A stretch of DNA of 64,000 nucleotides from Candidatus Woesearchaeota archaeon (GCA_964428325.1 CAYRXU010000001.1:42842-106841), one strand, 5' to 3'. Counted from the first letter of the stretch, positions 49,957 to 60,301 are shown. Translations and numbers: made by a program. Notes: generated by a model not told the origin, from the letters alone.

Positions 49957-51158
49957 GGTTTTTCAATCTTGGCCACGCGGCTTGTAAGACCCATCGGAGC
50001 AGATTGTGAGTTTCGTGCCTTGAGATATTTACCGCCGATTATAACAAGAATTACTAAGATAAGGGCCCCAATGAGATAACCTATCCATGCCAAGCTTGAT
50101 TTTTCTGGCACCGTACATGAACCAATACAACATGAACCACTCAAAGAGGTTACTGTCGAACCAGAACATTGTTCGCCTGCTGTACAAATCTTACCGCCTA
50201 GCTCATTGCAGTAAAAGCCTTGTACGGATGCGTTTGTGGCGTTGAGCGTGGTTGCTGTTGTTTGATTATAGGAGATGCGTATAGGAATATCGAAGGACTC
50301 GTCTCCGGCTTGTACTTGGATTGAGTCATCGTAGACTGCGTTGAAATCCTTGAGAGTGACATTTACTGAAATGGATTTATTGACATCTATCGAACTGACT
50401 TTTGAAGGCGTTAATGTATAGCGAGATTCGTTATAGATGAACACTACACGATTAAGATCTTCTGTGCCGATATTACGTACGATGAAGTGTACCGAAGGTT
50501 CTCTTCCCCGGACGAAGACCTGTTCGATGCGCCTTGGAGAGATATCAACAAAGTTGGAAATTGGAGGCGTGTTGTCCACTTCTTGAGAATTGTAGACTGG
50601 AAGAGCGTAAGGACCTATCATGAAGAAAGACAAACCTGGTGTGAATGGGTTAATAGAAAACATACGGGACGTTTCTCCTGAAGGTAGAGTGAGATTTGAG
50701 TTTAGAGGTGTGCCAAGAGGAATATTCAAAGACTGATCCGCGAATGATGTAAAAGTAAGCTCAAAGTCTGTGTCTGTATATATGAGTGCAGGACGCACAT
50801 TGTAAGGCACTGAACTGTTTGTGGTGGAGAAGTTCTTCTCAAGAGTTACAAGCTGTCGCTCCCCGTTGACAGTTGTGTCAACATCACGTAAGATGAGCGT
50901 GTAGTTATTCTGGTTGCGAGGTGTGATGAAGTAAACGAAGTATCGATCACCTAACTTTTTGATATCATAGTTAACCACCGTCTGAACGTGGCCCCTGAAG
51001 AACTGAATCTGTGATGAAGATATAGGCGTGAAGACCGTGCCTTCGATTTCAACTACGACTGTTTGAGATTGGTCATATTGGCCTTCTAGGTCGAGCGTTA
51101 GAGCATGTACTGAAGGAAATACTAGCAAAAGAAGCAGACACACGAGCAATAGTCTCAT
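49953..51158 (-). CDS. Cell-surface protein with C-terminal Cys-rich module and TM anchor
   Basis: Signal peptide, a beta-rich ectodomain, CNELGGKICTAGEQCSGSTVTSLSGSCCIGSCT, then TM LAWIGYLIGALILVILVIIGG and a basic tail. Confidence 0.45.
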   Translation of the reverse strand: MRLLLVCLLLLLVFPSVHALTLDLEGQYDQSQTVVVEIEGTVFTPISSSQIQFFRGHVQTVVNYDIKKLGDRYFVYFITPRNQNNYTLILRDVDTTVNGERQLVTLEKNFSTTNSSVPYNVRPALIYTDTDFELTFTSFADQSLNIPLGTPLNSNLTLPSGETSRMFSINPFTPGLSFFMIGPYALPVYNSQEVDNTPPISNFVDISPRRIEQVFVRGREPSVHFIVRNIGTEDLNRVVFIYNESRYTLTPSKVSSIDVNKSISVNVTLKDFNAVYDDSIQVQAGDESFDIPIRISYNQTTATTLNATNASVQGFYCNELGGKICTAGEQCSGSTVTSLSGSCCIGSCTVPEKSSLAWIGYLIGALILVILVIIGGKYLKARNSQSAPMGLTSRVAKIEKP

Positions 51159-51188
51159 GGATTGATAGAATGTTTTTCTTATATAAAG

Positions 51189-53009
51189 TTATTTGCCGAT
51201 TTCACGCAGCTTCCTGAGCGTCTCTTCCATTTCTTTATCAATTCCCGAAGCTGGCTGGCGAGGTTGCATTGGCATCTGAGGACGACGCATAGGCATCACT
51301 GGAGGAGAGCTCGAAGGAGGGAATGGAGGTCTGCGTTGTTGTGATATAGGTGTTGAGGAAACTCCGCCTTGGCGTCTCTTGAATAGCCAGAGTTGGATCT
51401 TTTGGCGATAGATTATTGCTAAAGCTACAATCGCGATTAGCACGAGAAGAATGATTATCCAGATAATCCAGCTTGATCCATTTGAGGATTCTTCTGTCAA
51501 AGGTATGCAACAGACATCACCAGATAGAGAACATTGCTCACTGCTTTCAGTTTCTGTGTCTGGATCACAACTAAGACTGCATGTACCTCCTGCTTGTGAA
51601 CAAAGATCATCGTTTGTAGCGATAGGAGTACAACGTTCGAGGCAACATGAGCCATCTGCAGCTTCTCTTTCAGAACCAGAACATTGTTCGTTTGACGCAC
51701 AGATTCGACCATTGAGAGTTGAACAAAGCTCGCGTTGTGGGGCGACTGAACAGCATCTCAAGGCACCAGAACAAGCAAACTGAGAGAGAGGATTGCCGCC
51801 TGCGGTTCGGCACACTAGATCAGATTGGACACAGGCATAACCTGGATTTACGGCCAAACAGCTTTCGACAGTTCCTGAACCACTACCGGATGAACGAACA
51901 GCGCGTGGCCATCCAGCATAAAGAAGGAAAGAGGTGTCTCTAAGATTGTTGCTGTTCCAGCAACCGCTTGTACCTTGAACGTTGAATAGATATCGCTGCG
52001 CATTGGTTGTTTCAGCAATAGACTTGCCTTGAAGAGCTAGAAGAGCAAGTGCAGTATCGTAGAATTTGTTATAGGGTGTTGATGGGGCTTCCCAGAATTG
52101 AGAATTTCTCTGGGATTGGACGATAGAAGAATAGGCGTCTTGGCTTGTTGATAGCTTGTAGATGAATGCATCCGAGAGGAAGCGCTCGTTATCTGGTGAG
52201 AAGGCGATAAGGTATGGGATATATTGAGCCATATCGTGTCCTGTTTCGTCTAGAGCGAGTGCTGCCCACAAAGTACCTTCGTAATCACACTCATTGGTTT
52301 GAGCAAAGCAGCGTGATCGGATAGATTCAGTCGTAGTTCCTGAAGATGAAGCAGAATTAGCTGTTGGTGAAACGTAGATAGTATCTGAACCGCTCTTTTG
52401 GTATAGCAATGTCGTTATGAAATCCTTGTTACAAGAAATTTGGAATGATTGTGTAAGACAAGAAGGCGATATTTCGAGCCAGTAGCCGTCTGGGTTGACA
52501 TTGAGGCAACTGCCACCGTTGCCTGAAATTCGCATGTCATCTCCGATTGTTATGGATTGCTCATTGCCGGTGTAGGTTAATGTACATGTTGAAGACTCTT
52601 GATTTTGAATATCGATCTCAAGAAACCATTGCAAACCTGTTGCAGGAACACTACGTGAAAGAAGATAGTTCTCTGCGCTGTCAGTATTCTTACCAATAAG
52701 ATCGTAGGCAAGAAGTGCTTGTGCAGTGTCCCTAAGGCGACAACCTGCTTGAGGCCAGCACGTTGTGTTGCCTGACGTGCGCTTTTCAGCGTCGATTTTT
52801 TGTTCAGCTTTTGCGTTGCTGCCAAGAGCTAGTATGGAGAAGGTTGCCTCTTCAAGAGATAACTGAGCAGATGTGCGATTAGCAATTAGGTTCTCTACGC
52901 ATTGGTAGGCGCGTGAAATATGTGACTCATCAGTTTCGTTGGTTGCTGCAGCAGCAAGGGGTACAAGAGTTAAGATAAGAAACGCAAAAATCCACACACC
53001 CTTTTTCAT
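51189..53009 (-). CDS. Cell-surface protein: alpha/alpha-toroid-like repeats, two Cys-rich modules, TM anchor, Pro-rich cytoplasmic tail
   Basis: Signal peptide. Repeats resembling the prenyltransferase/terpene-cyclase fold (LLAYDLIGKN, WAALALDETGHD, DTALALLALQGKS). CSTLNGRICASNEQCSGSEREAADGSCCLERCT. TM WIIWIIILLVLIAIVALAII. Confidence 0.45.
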   Translation of the reverse strand: MKKGVWIFAFLILTLVPLAAAATNETDESHISRAYQCVENLIANRTSAQLSLEEATFSILALGSNAKAEQKIDAEKRTSGNTTCWPQAGCRLRDTAQALLAYDLIGKNTDSAENYLLSRSVPATGLQWFLEIDIQNQESSTCTLTYTGNEQSITIGDDMRISGNGGSCLNVNPDGYWLEISPSCLTQSFQISCNKDFITTLLYQKSGSDTIYVSPTANSASSSGTTTESIRSRCFAQTNECDYEGTLWAALALDETGHDMAQYIPYLIAFSPDNERFLSDAFIYKLSTSQDAYSSIVQSQRNSQFWEAPSTPYNKFYDTALALLALQGKSIAETTNAQRYLFNVQGTSGCWNSNNLRDTSFLLYAGWPRAVRSSGSGSGTVESCLAVNPGYACVQSDLVCRTAGGNPLSQFACSGALRCCSVAPQRELCSTLNGRICASNEQCSGSEREAADGSCCLERCTPIATNDDLCSQAGGTCSLSCDPDTETESSEQCSLSGDVCCIPLTEESSNGSSWIIWIIILLVLIAIVALAIIYRQKIQLWLFKRRQGGVSSTPISQQRRPPFPPSSSPPVMPMRRPQMPMQPRQPASGIDKEMEETLRKLREIGK

Positions 53010-53041
53010 TAACTTCCTATGTCGGGATTGTTTAAAAAGAT

Positions 53042-54646
53042 TTAGTCATGCTCGGGGCTGCGTCGAAGGAGGCGCATGACATCAACAAGAGGATTTTTTG
53101 TCTGTGCCGGCTTCTCAAGTAGGCCTAGATCCTTGTAAAAACTAGGGTTGTCATAGTTAGGAGGGAGTATCTTCCTTGTCTGTCTGAAGTGCCATTGGAG
53201 TTGACTTTTGACGTAACCTTCCTTGAGAGGAGGGGCGTTTCTCTCATTCCACTCGTAAACACGCTTCTCGATGTCGACGTCTGGAATGTTGAGTGCTCGC
53301 AGAAAGGTGATTAGTATGAACAATCCCCTCTTTCTTCCCTCTGATAGACCGCGTAAGAGTTTTTTGATGGCTGCAGGGAAGTGATCTTCGGTGACACCCT
53401 TGAGTAACTCAATATCTCGCTCGCTCATCTGCACAGATTGCGTGCCTTGAGTAGCAACCGATTCACGCTGTGGCTTGTCTGCATCTTGCTTACGTTTCCA
53501 AGCAAGTGCAGTCTGAAGGAGGAGTGTTGCCTCGCCGCGTACAGCATTTGGGTAGTAAGGTAGAATCTGAGCCGTAAGAGGATCTGCTTTTTTCGGGGTA
53601 AATGAGGCAATGTCTTCTTTTTTGATAACTACGCTTGCAAGAGAAGTTTTTTCATGTAGTGAGTAAGGCATACGAAATAAGTGGCGAGGAGAAACTAGTA
53701 CGAAGTCCAGGGAGCCCAGATTCTCAAGGAACATCTGTTCTGTTACTGAAGCTGTTGCCTGCTTTTGACTATATACTACCTTATTAGACGAATCTGCCTG
53801 CTTATTGAGTGAAGAGGTATTACATTTAGGGCATTTAACAAACTCTCTTTCATTGACAAGGTTGAAAAAACCCGAACACACTGGGTCGATACATCTAAGC
53901 TTGCGTTTAGTGATTTTGACATCTGGTCTTTCGTAGCGCGTTCTACAACGGTCACACTCAAAAGTCATCATAACATGCTTCTCCATCACAGAATTGCATA
54001 TATCGCATGTTGCCTGAACTAGTTCGTCTTTAGTGACCTTGGTGCGGCGCTCAATTGCCTTAAAGTCGATGCCAAGATTGGCAAGATGTCTATTGTATGC
54101 AGGCTTAATCTCTTGCAGCAAGAATTCAGTTATCGCTCTAGGCCATTCTGGAAACATAGTGCGCGTTTGTGTACCTTCAAATACCTCGGGAAATGCAGTC
54201 CAAGGAACAATTATGTGTAATCCCTTACTGCCAGAGTATTTGATCCCATAATTTTTGATACCATATCTTTCGAGTAGTTCGATAAGTAGCTCGCCTGCAA
54301 GTTTAGAATAATCTAGATACGGGGAGTCGATATCTAAAAGTAGATCCCAGCCTTCGCGCAGGTCGTCGAACGCTGGGCGCTGCATATCGGTGTTGAGTTG
54401 TAGTGGATCGCGCCAGATTTCTTCAGAAGCGTGAAAGGATGTTGCGCCTTTCTGGACAAGAGCCATTATATCTGCAGGATAGGTTATTGCATCGGGGCGT
54501 TTGCCGAATCCTTCAAAGTAACGTGGTACGGTTTCTCTTCGGTTTGCAAATTCAAAAAGAGCCTTCTGGACTTCAGGTTTAGAGTAATAGATATGAGTGA
54601 TAGAACGTATGCGCAACTCGTTTGGAGAGACCTCATTTTCAGCCAT
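53042..54646 (-). CDS. priS: DNA primase: PriS catalytic subunit fused to a PriL C-terminal-domain-like region
   Basis: Catalytic LLLDIDSPY (DxD), motif YSGSKGLHIIVPW, and a Zn knuckle CDICN...CDRC...C..C...CPKC. The C-terminal HFPAAIKKLLRGLSEGRKRGLFILITFLRALNIP resembles the PriL-CTD FPPCM...GR...F.L..FL segment, but without the Cys. Confidence 0.7.
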   Translation of the reverse strand: MAENEVSPNELRIRSITHIYYSKPEVQKALFEFANRRETVPRYFEGFGKRPDAITYPADIMALVQKGATSFHASEEIWRDPLQLNTDMQRPAFDDLREGWDLLLDIDSPYLDYSKLAGELLIELLERYGIKNYGIKYSGSKGLHIIVPWTAFPEVFEGTQTRTMFPEWPRAITEFLLQEIKPAYNRHLANLGIDFKAIERRTKVTKDELVQATCDICNSVMEKHVMMTFECDRCRTRYERPDVKITKRKLRCIDPVCSGFFNLVNEREFVKCPKCNTSSLNKQADSSNKVVYSQKQATASVTEQMFLENLGSLDFVLVSPRHLFRMPYSLHEKTSLASVVIKKEDIASFTPKKADPLTAQILPYYPNAVRGEATLLLQTALAWKRKQDADKPQRESVATQGTQSVQMSERDIELLKGVTEDHFPAAIKKLLRGLSEGRKRGLFILITFLRALNIPDVDIEKRVYEWNERNAPPLKEGYVKSQLQWHFRQTRKILPPNYDNPSFYKDLGLLEKPAQTKNPLVDVMRLLRRSPEHD

Positions 54647-54747
54647 AGCTCGGGAAACATCACCCTCTTTTTATGGTTTGTTGTGCATGTCTAAAGACGG
54701 CTTTTCATTACAACAAAGCTTAAAAGTATCCGATATGAGGCATTAAT

Positions 54748-55476
54748 ATGTTGTTAAAATTGGATGATGCTCGCTTTTTTGGGACACTTGTAGGAATCAT
54801 TTCTGAACTTGTTACAGAAGTTAGACTTAAAGTAACAAAAGATGGTATGCGGCTCGTTGCTCTTGACCCTGCTAATGTTGCAATGGTGCACTTCCATATT
54901 CCTGCTGAGCTCTTCTCACAGTTTCACCTTGACAAGGAACAGATATTAGGAGTAAATCTTGATAATCTCAATTCTGTATTGCGCAGATGTAGTCTGGGAA
55001 GCTCCCTGATCTTGGCAAGAGAGGAAAATACACTCAAAATTACTATTCAGGACAAGATCAAACGCGATTTCACTTTGGCGCTTATTAGCGTTGAAGGCGA
55101 AGATCGGGAATTGCCTCACTGGGAATTCAAGAGTGTGATAAAGATGGATGCTCAGACATTCGTGGAAGTTGTAGAAGACTGCCTTGTAGTGTCTGATGCA
55201 TGCACTTTTTCTGCAGAACAGAATAAGTTCACTGTCGAAGCCAGAGGATTGAACTCGGCAAAAGTAGAATTCTCAAGTGATGAAGTAGAGATTTATTCTG
55301 ATGTGAGCAGTGCACGCTTTTCCCTAGAATACTTGAGCAAGTTCGTCAAGGGTGCAAAGATTGCAAACAAGGTAGAGATCAACTTCTCAGACAATCATCC
55401 TATGCGCATCAACTTCCCGACTGGAAAGGTTATGCTTTCTTTTGTTCTAGCTCCTCGCATTGAGCAGGATGATTAA
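54748..55476 (+). CDS. pcn: PCNA sliding clamp
   Basis: 242 aa. LKLDDARFFGTLVGIISELVTEVRLKVTKDGMRLVALDPANVAMV is the typical PCNA N-terminal pattern. Confidence 0.85.
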   Translation: MLLKLDDARFFGTLVGIISELVTEVRLKVTKDGMRLVALDPANVAMVHFHIPAELFSQFHLDKEQILGVNLDNLNSVLRRCSLGSSLILAREENTLKITIQDKIKRDFTLALISVEGEDRELPHWEFKSVIKMDAQTFVEVVEDCLVVSDACTFSAEQNKFTVEARGLNSAKVEFSSDEVEIYSDVSSARFSLEYLSKFVKGAKIANKVEINFSDNHPMRINFPTGKVMLSFVLAPRIEQDD

Positions 55477-55576
55477 TCTTTCTTAGACCTCTTTGATTTT
55501 CTTATTTGCATAAATCGAGAGTATTACTTTGTATTATCAGATAGATTTAATAAGATAAAGTATATTTTGTAATATA

Positions 55577-55723
55577 ATGAAAGAGAGAGTTTCTGCAACT
55601 ATAGACCCTGTCACAAGTAAAGTGCTGAAAGATATTCTCAAAAAAGGAAGATATCGCAACCAGTCGCATATTATCGAGGAAGCCATCAAACTACTCGTGG
55701 AGAGGGAGAAACATGAGAAGTAA
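55577..55723 (+). CDS. Ribbon-helix-helix (CopG-like) small DNA-binding protein (below ORF-track size cutoff)
   Basis: A 48 aa ORF, MKERVSATIDPVTSKVLKDILKKGRYRNQSHIIEEAIKLLVEREKHEK, with a beta-strand then two helices typical of RHH. Its stop overlaps the start of the next gene. Confidence 0.4.
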   Translation: MKERVSATIDPVTSKVLKDILKKGRYRNQSHIIEEAIKLLVEREKHEK

Positions 55724-56477
55724 CAGGGGCCAGATAGCAATCTTCGTTATTGCTTCGCTTATCATTGTGGCTATGATTGTTATTGTGTTGATTGCTCGTG
55801 GTGGGCCTAACATTCCCCTCCCTGGAGAAGCGTTCAGTCCAGATAGCTATCTTTCATCGTGTGTACGAGACGTTGTTAATACTGAGAGTGCAGTTATGAT
55901 GAAACAAGGAGGATTTGTTGACCCAAGAGATTATGCAAGTTATAATAACGAAAAAGTTGCTTATGTTTGTAAGAACGTTAACTATTATGAACCATGCGTA
56001 AATCAGTACCCTCGTTATGTTGAGTCTGTACGACTTGAGCTTCTAAGAAATGTGAAGGAGCAAGTTAAGACTTGCCTCGATGCGCTTGATGCTGAACTTC
56101 AAAGACAACAATATAATGTTGAGCGTGTGCCTGACCCTGTTGTCCGTGTAGATTTGCAGGAAGATAATGTTGTTGTTGAAAGCGAGGTGGCTATGACCCT
56201 GGCCAAGAGAGGAGTTAGCCAGCAATATGACACTCTAAGCACTAAAGTGCGCGTGCCTCTCTTTAATCTAGCAACAGTGGCTAATGAAATTGTACGGCAA
56301 GAGAGCGAATTCTGTTACTTTTCTAATGAAGGCTTCAGCTTACTCTATCCTGATTTCGATATACGAAGGGATATGTTACAAGAAGGTACAAAGATATATA
56401 CGATAAAGCATACTGTCAGTGAAAGTGTTATGAATATCGCCATACGTGGTTGCGTTATACCGCAGGGAGTTGGATAA
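55713..56477 (+). CDS. N-terminally anchored extracytoplasmic protein (module A partner)
   Basis: TM IAIFVIASLIIVAMIVIVLIA. Paralog of 60301..61098, sharing a Y..C.....Y.PC pattern. The stop overlaps the next start (TAATG). Confidence 0.45.
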   Translation: MRSNRGQIAIFVIASLIIVAMIVIVLIARGGPNIPLPGEAFSPDSYLSSCVRDVVNTESAVMMKQGGFVDPRDYASYNNEKVAYVCKNVNYYEPCVNQYPRYVESVRLELLRNVKEQVKTCLDALDAELQRQQYNVERVPDPVVRVDLQEDNVVVESEVAMTLAKRGVSQQYDTLSTKVRVPLFNLATVANEIVRQESEFCYFSNEGFSLLYPDFDIRRDMLQEGTKIYTIKHTVSESVMNIAIRGCVIPQGVG

Positions 56478-59400
56478 TGAAAAAGACGATTGCGTGGGGC
56501 GAAATGTTTTTGCTTGTTTGTGCTAGTCTTGCTTTCGCTTACATTGTACATGAGAGCGATAGTGCATTTGGAAGCGCCATCCCCGTGAGAGAGGAGAGCG
56601 AACTGGTGAAGATCTTGCGAGCCGCATTTATCGGTTTATTTTCATATGGCCTTGTATCTGCAGCCGATGAAGGATTATGGACGTGCCCTCAGAATACCGA
56701 TGGGACTTTGTGTCAAGAGTACCCTGCGCAAGTTTGCAATTCAGTGTGCGGGGGTACGTGTTTCCCAGGATTAAGACGGGACTTTGCTGATTGCGCTCTT
56801 GGAACATGTATAGATCCTGCGCAAGGAACATGCTTAGGAAGTACGCCTCGTGCAGCATGTACGGCGCAGGGTGGACAGTGGGACTCTCGTGCCGTGACTG
56901 AAATAGCAAGTTGCCGTCCAGGATGTTGTGTTGGGGCAGACCAAGCACTCTTCAGGACAGAGCAACAATGTAACGTATTGCGTTCAAGTTTGGGCATACC
57001 TTTTGAATTTAGGCCCGTGACAAGCGAGCTTGCATGTCTTGCACTTGCCAAACCTAAGGAAGAAGGTGCTTGTGTACTCAATACTCAAAACGAAGAAGGT
57101 AAATATGCTTGCGTGTTTACAACGCGAGAGAGTTGTAATAGCCGTGGGGGAACGATGTACGGAGGTATGCTCTGTTCAAATCCTCAGCTTAACACATCTT
57201 GTACGCGACAAGCGCGAACATCATGTATGCCTGGAAAAGATGAAGTTTACTGGCTAGACTCCTGCGGTAATCGAGAAAACATTTATGATATCAATCGGGT
57301 GCAGAGTTGGAATAGTGGCCTTGTGCTTGCTAAAAACGCGAGCTGTGTACTTGGCTCTGTTGTTAACCCTATAACGCATCAAGCATCTTGTGGTAATTGC
57401 AATTATCTTGGAGGAAGTAAGTGCGGCACACCTACAAGTAAAGACGCTAAACCTTCTATCGGGAATTACGTTTGTCGCGATCTTTCATGTGTGGATGAAA
57501 CAGGAGCAAAGCGAAAGAATGGCGAAAGCTGGTGTTCATTTGAAAGCAAGATTGGAGTCGAAGGTACAGGCAATGCATTACGCAGCGTTGATGTTCCCGG
57601 AAGCGAGCATTCTCGTAAGGTTTGTTTGAATGGAGAAGTGCGAACAGAGCCATGTGGTAGTGCACGTAATGGTATTTGCGTTGAAAATCGAGACGAACAG
57701 ATAAAATTCTCTTCTGCTGCCTGTCGCGCTAACCAGTGGCAGTTATGCGTTGAAGCGAATAATGCGGCAGATGGTATCGATGACCCTGTTGCTGCGGCTG
57801 CTGCGGTAAAAGATGCATGTGAAGAACATACTGATTGTGTGTTGAAGGGAATTGATTTGACTGGGGGAAGAGGAACGTTTAAGTTCAATGTATGTACTCC
57901 TCGCTATCCGCCCGGATTCGATTCGCAGAGCGACGCTGGTGTTGAAAATGCCAAACAGTTGTGTGGTCTTGCTACTGCTGAGTGCAAGTATGTGACTGTG
58001 AAGGGTCTATTTGGCAGCGGCAAGAAATACAACGTTGTGTGCAACCAACCTGCTGGAGCAGAAGCGATGAACAATCTCTGTATGAGTCTTGGTGATTGTG
58101 GGGCTAGCGCTAACGTTGAAGGCGATGTTACAACCTCGGGATTCAAAGTTAAGTCTAATCGTGGACAACCGCCGGCTCTTAGTACAGCTTACACAAACGC
58201 ACTCAAGTTACTTGCAACGCCTGTTCGAGGACAGAAAGTTGCTCCGTTGAGCGAGGGTGAGCTGACAGAACTATTCGGATTGCAAAATCAAGTTGGAGAT
58301 CCGCAGAGTAGTTCGGGACAGGGTGCGCAGTTGCAGCAGCTTGCCATGATCAGCGGTGCGCTTGGGGCTCTTGCGGCCTATGGGGCTTACAGCGGATGGG
58401 GCTCGAGCGTATTCGTTACAAGTCAAACATTGCCTGCAGGGTTTGTCGGACCTCCCGCCCCTATTATGCTTAACGCGTTTGTCGGAGCAGCTGCAGGTGC
58501 GCTTATTGGCGCTGCAGGCGTGGCATATCTTCTCAATGCGTTAGGTATCAGCGAAGGTCTGCCTCCTGCAGTCACTTACGCGCTTATAGCAGGAGGAGCG
58601 TTTGGAGGATATGCCCTCGGAGGTAATCTAGTATCAAGTTCTTTCGCGAGTAGTACGTTTGGAGTTGGACTTACAACAGGGATTATTGCCATTGTTGTGA
58701 TAATTGTCATTATTGCAATTTTCGCATTCTTGGGCATCGGTAAGAAAAAGGAGACCAAGATAACCTATCAGTGTTTGCCATGGCAGCCACCTATTGGAGG
58801 AGCGAAGTGTGGTGAATGTGGTGCTGATGGAAAACCATGTACGCAGTATCAATGTCATAGTCTAGGACAGGCATGCAAGTATGTAGCAAATAGCGCAGAA
58901 GGTTCGTGCGTGAACAGTGCGCCAAATGATGTTCTTGCACCATTTATATCTCCTGACGCAAGTGTGCTGCTTTCTGGTTATCGTTATGAACAAGTATCCG
59001 AAAGAGGATTTATACTCAAGAGCGGGGCGTCAGATGGATGCGTGCCGCGCTATACGAACATCAAAGTCGGTATAAGTGTAAATGAACTCTCGCAGTGTAA
59101 ATTCTCAAATGTACATACTGATAATTATGATAGTATGCCTTCATACTTCCATGCGCCTAATGGACGTGAAGAAAATGCATTCAGGCGTAATCATACCTTG
59201 AGCTTCAATATCATGGGCGAGGAACTGATTGACGCAGAGCAGCAGCTTGATGCTGAATTTGATGATGAAGAAGGAGAGTCTGCATTACATTTGAATGAAT
59301 TGTTCGCTCCCGATCAGAGCGGGAATGTTAATCTCTACGTCAGATGTATCGATGTAAATGGGAATGGAAAGACAAGTGCGGAGTACAACATTAATTTCTG

Positions 59401-60301
59401 CGCCTCTCAGGGGCCGGATAGAACCGCTCCTGCAATAAACGGTTTCATTCCAGCCACTCCAGCTTATAGCTCGTATAATGCGACTGAACAGAAAGTCTCG
59501 TTCTTTACTAACGAACCTGCTGAATGTAAGTGGGACACACAAGATAGCGCATATGAAAATATGATGCAAAGTGCAAGTTGCGCTAATGTCGCTGCAGATG
59601 CGACTCCAAGCGGATGGTATTGTAATGCAACATTGCCGCTGTCATTCGCAGGGACAGATCAAGAGACATTCTACTTCCGATGTATGGACCAACCTTTTGC
59701 TAACGCAACTGACAGGAACACTAACCAGCAAGGCACAAGTTATATTGTGAGAAAGACACTTACGCCGCTACGAATTGTAAGTGTTGATCCTCAGAATAAG
59801 GATATTGTAACTAACGGTCTTCCTGCGATTACAGATCTCAAGGTAACAACAGGTGGTGGTGCGCCTGGTACGACGCGACAGTGTGAATTCCAGTTTGGAG
59901 ATAGATATATTCCATTCTTTGAGACAGGCAGCGACAATCACAGGCAGCCTAATCTAAGATTCTTCAATGTAGGAGCATATAATATCCCTATACGCTGTAC
60001 CGATAGTGCAGGCAATAGTGTGACAGGCAACTCACAGTTCAACATAAGCGTAGATAGCATGGGGCCACGCATAACGCGCGTTTACAACAATAACGGGCTC
60101 GTCGTTGTGACGAATGAGAATGCTCGTTGCGCATATTCGCTTTCAAGTTGTAGTTTCGCATTTGTAAATGGAACATTAATGAGCGGAGAGTCGCGAGTGC
60201 ATAGCAGTTCGCTCAGCGGAGATTCTACTCAGTATGTCATATGCCGAGACAGATTTGAAAACCCAAGTGCATGTGTTGCCGTACGGAAGGGAGGACTTTA
60301 A
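56477..60301 (+). CDS. Giant (1274 aa) cysteine-rich secreted/membrane protein (module A)
   Basis: Signal peptide MKKTIAWGEMFLLVCASLAFA. About 60 Cys in the N-terminal 650 aa (SCMPGKDEVYWLDSCGNRENIYD, ASCGNCNYLGGSKCG, YVCRDLSCVDETGAKRKNGESWC). A central Gly/Ala-rich multi-TM region (58300–58760), then a C-terminal ~500 aa Cys-containing beta-rich ectodomain. Confidence 0.55.
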   Translation: MKKTIAWGEMFLLVCASLAFAYIVHESDSAFGSAIPVREESELVKILRAAFIGLFSYGLVSAADEGLWTCPQNTDGTLCQEYPAQVCNSVCGGTCFPGLRRDFADCALGTCIDPAQGTCLGSTPRAACTAQGGQWDSRAVTEIASCRPGCCVGADQALFRTEQQCNVLRSSLGIPFEFRPVTSELACLALAKPKEEGACVLNTQNEEGKYACVFTTRESCNSRGGTMYGGMLCSNPQLNTSCTRQARTSCMPGKDEVYWLDSCGNRENIYDINRVQSWNSGLVLAKNASCVLGSVVNPITHQASCGNCNYLGGSKCGTPTSKDAKPSIGNYVCRDLSCVDETGAKRKNGESWCSFESKIGVEGTGNALRSVDVPGSEHSRKVCLNGEVRTEPCGSARNGICVENRDEQIKFSSAACRANQWQLCVEANNAADGIDDPVAAAAAVKDACEEHTDCVLKGIDLTGGRGTFKFNVCTPRYPPGFDSQSDAGVENAKQLCGLATAECKYVTVKGLFGSGKKYNVVCNQPAGAEAMNNLCMSLGDCGASANVEGDVTTSGFKVKSNRGQPPALSTAYTNALKLLATPVRGQKVAPLSEGELTELFGLQNQVGDPQSSSGQGAQLQQLAMISGALGALAAYGAYSGWGSSVFVTSQTLPAGFVGPPAPIMLNAFVGAAAGALIGAAGVAYLLNALGISEGLPPAVTYALIAGGAFGGYALGGNLVSSSFASSTFGVGLTTGIIAIVVIIVIIAIFAFLGIGKKKETKITYQCLPWQPPIGGAKCGECGADGKPCTQYQCHSLGQACKYVANSAEGSCVNSAPNDVLAPFISPDASVLLSGYRYEQVSERGFILKSGASDGCVPRYTNIKVGISVNELSQCKFSNVHTDNYDSMPSYFHAPNGREENAFRRNHTLSFNIMGEELIDAEQQLDAEFDDEEGESALHLNELFAPDQSGNVNLYVRCIDVNGNGKTSAEYNINFCASQGPDRTAPAINGFIPATPAYSSYNATEQKVSFFTNEPAECKWDTQDSAYENMMQSASCANVAADATPSGWYCNATLPLSFAGTDQETFYFRCMDQPFANATDRNTNQQGTSYIVRKTLTPLRIVSVDPQNKDIVTNGLPAITDLKVTTGGGAPGTTRQCEFQFGDRYIPFFETGSDNHRQPNLRFFNVGAYNIPIRCTDSAGNSVTGNSQFNISVDSMGPRITRVYNNNGLVVVTNENARCAYSLSSCSFAFVNGTLMSGESRVHSSSLSGDSTQYVICRDRFENPSACVAVRKGGL

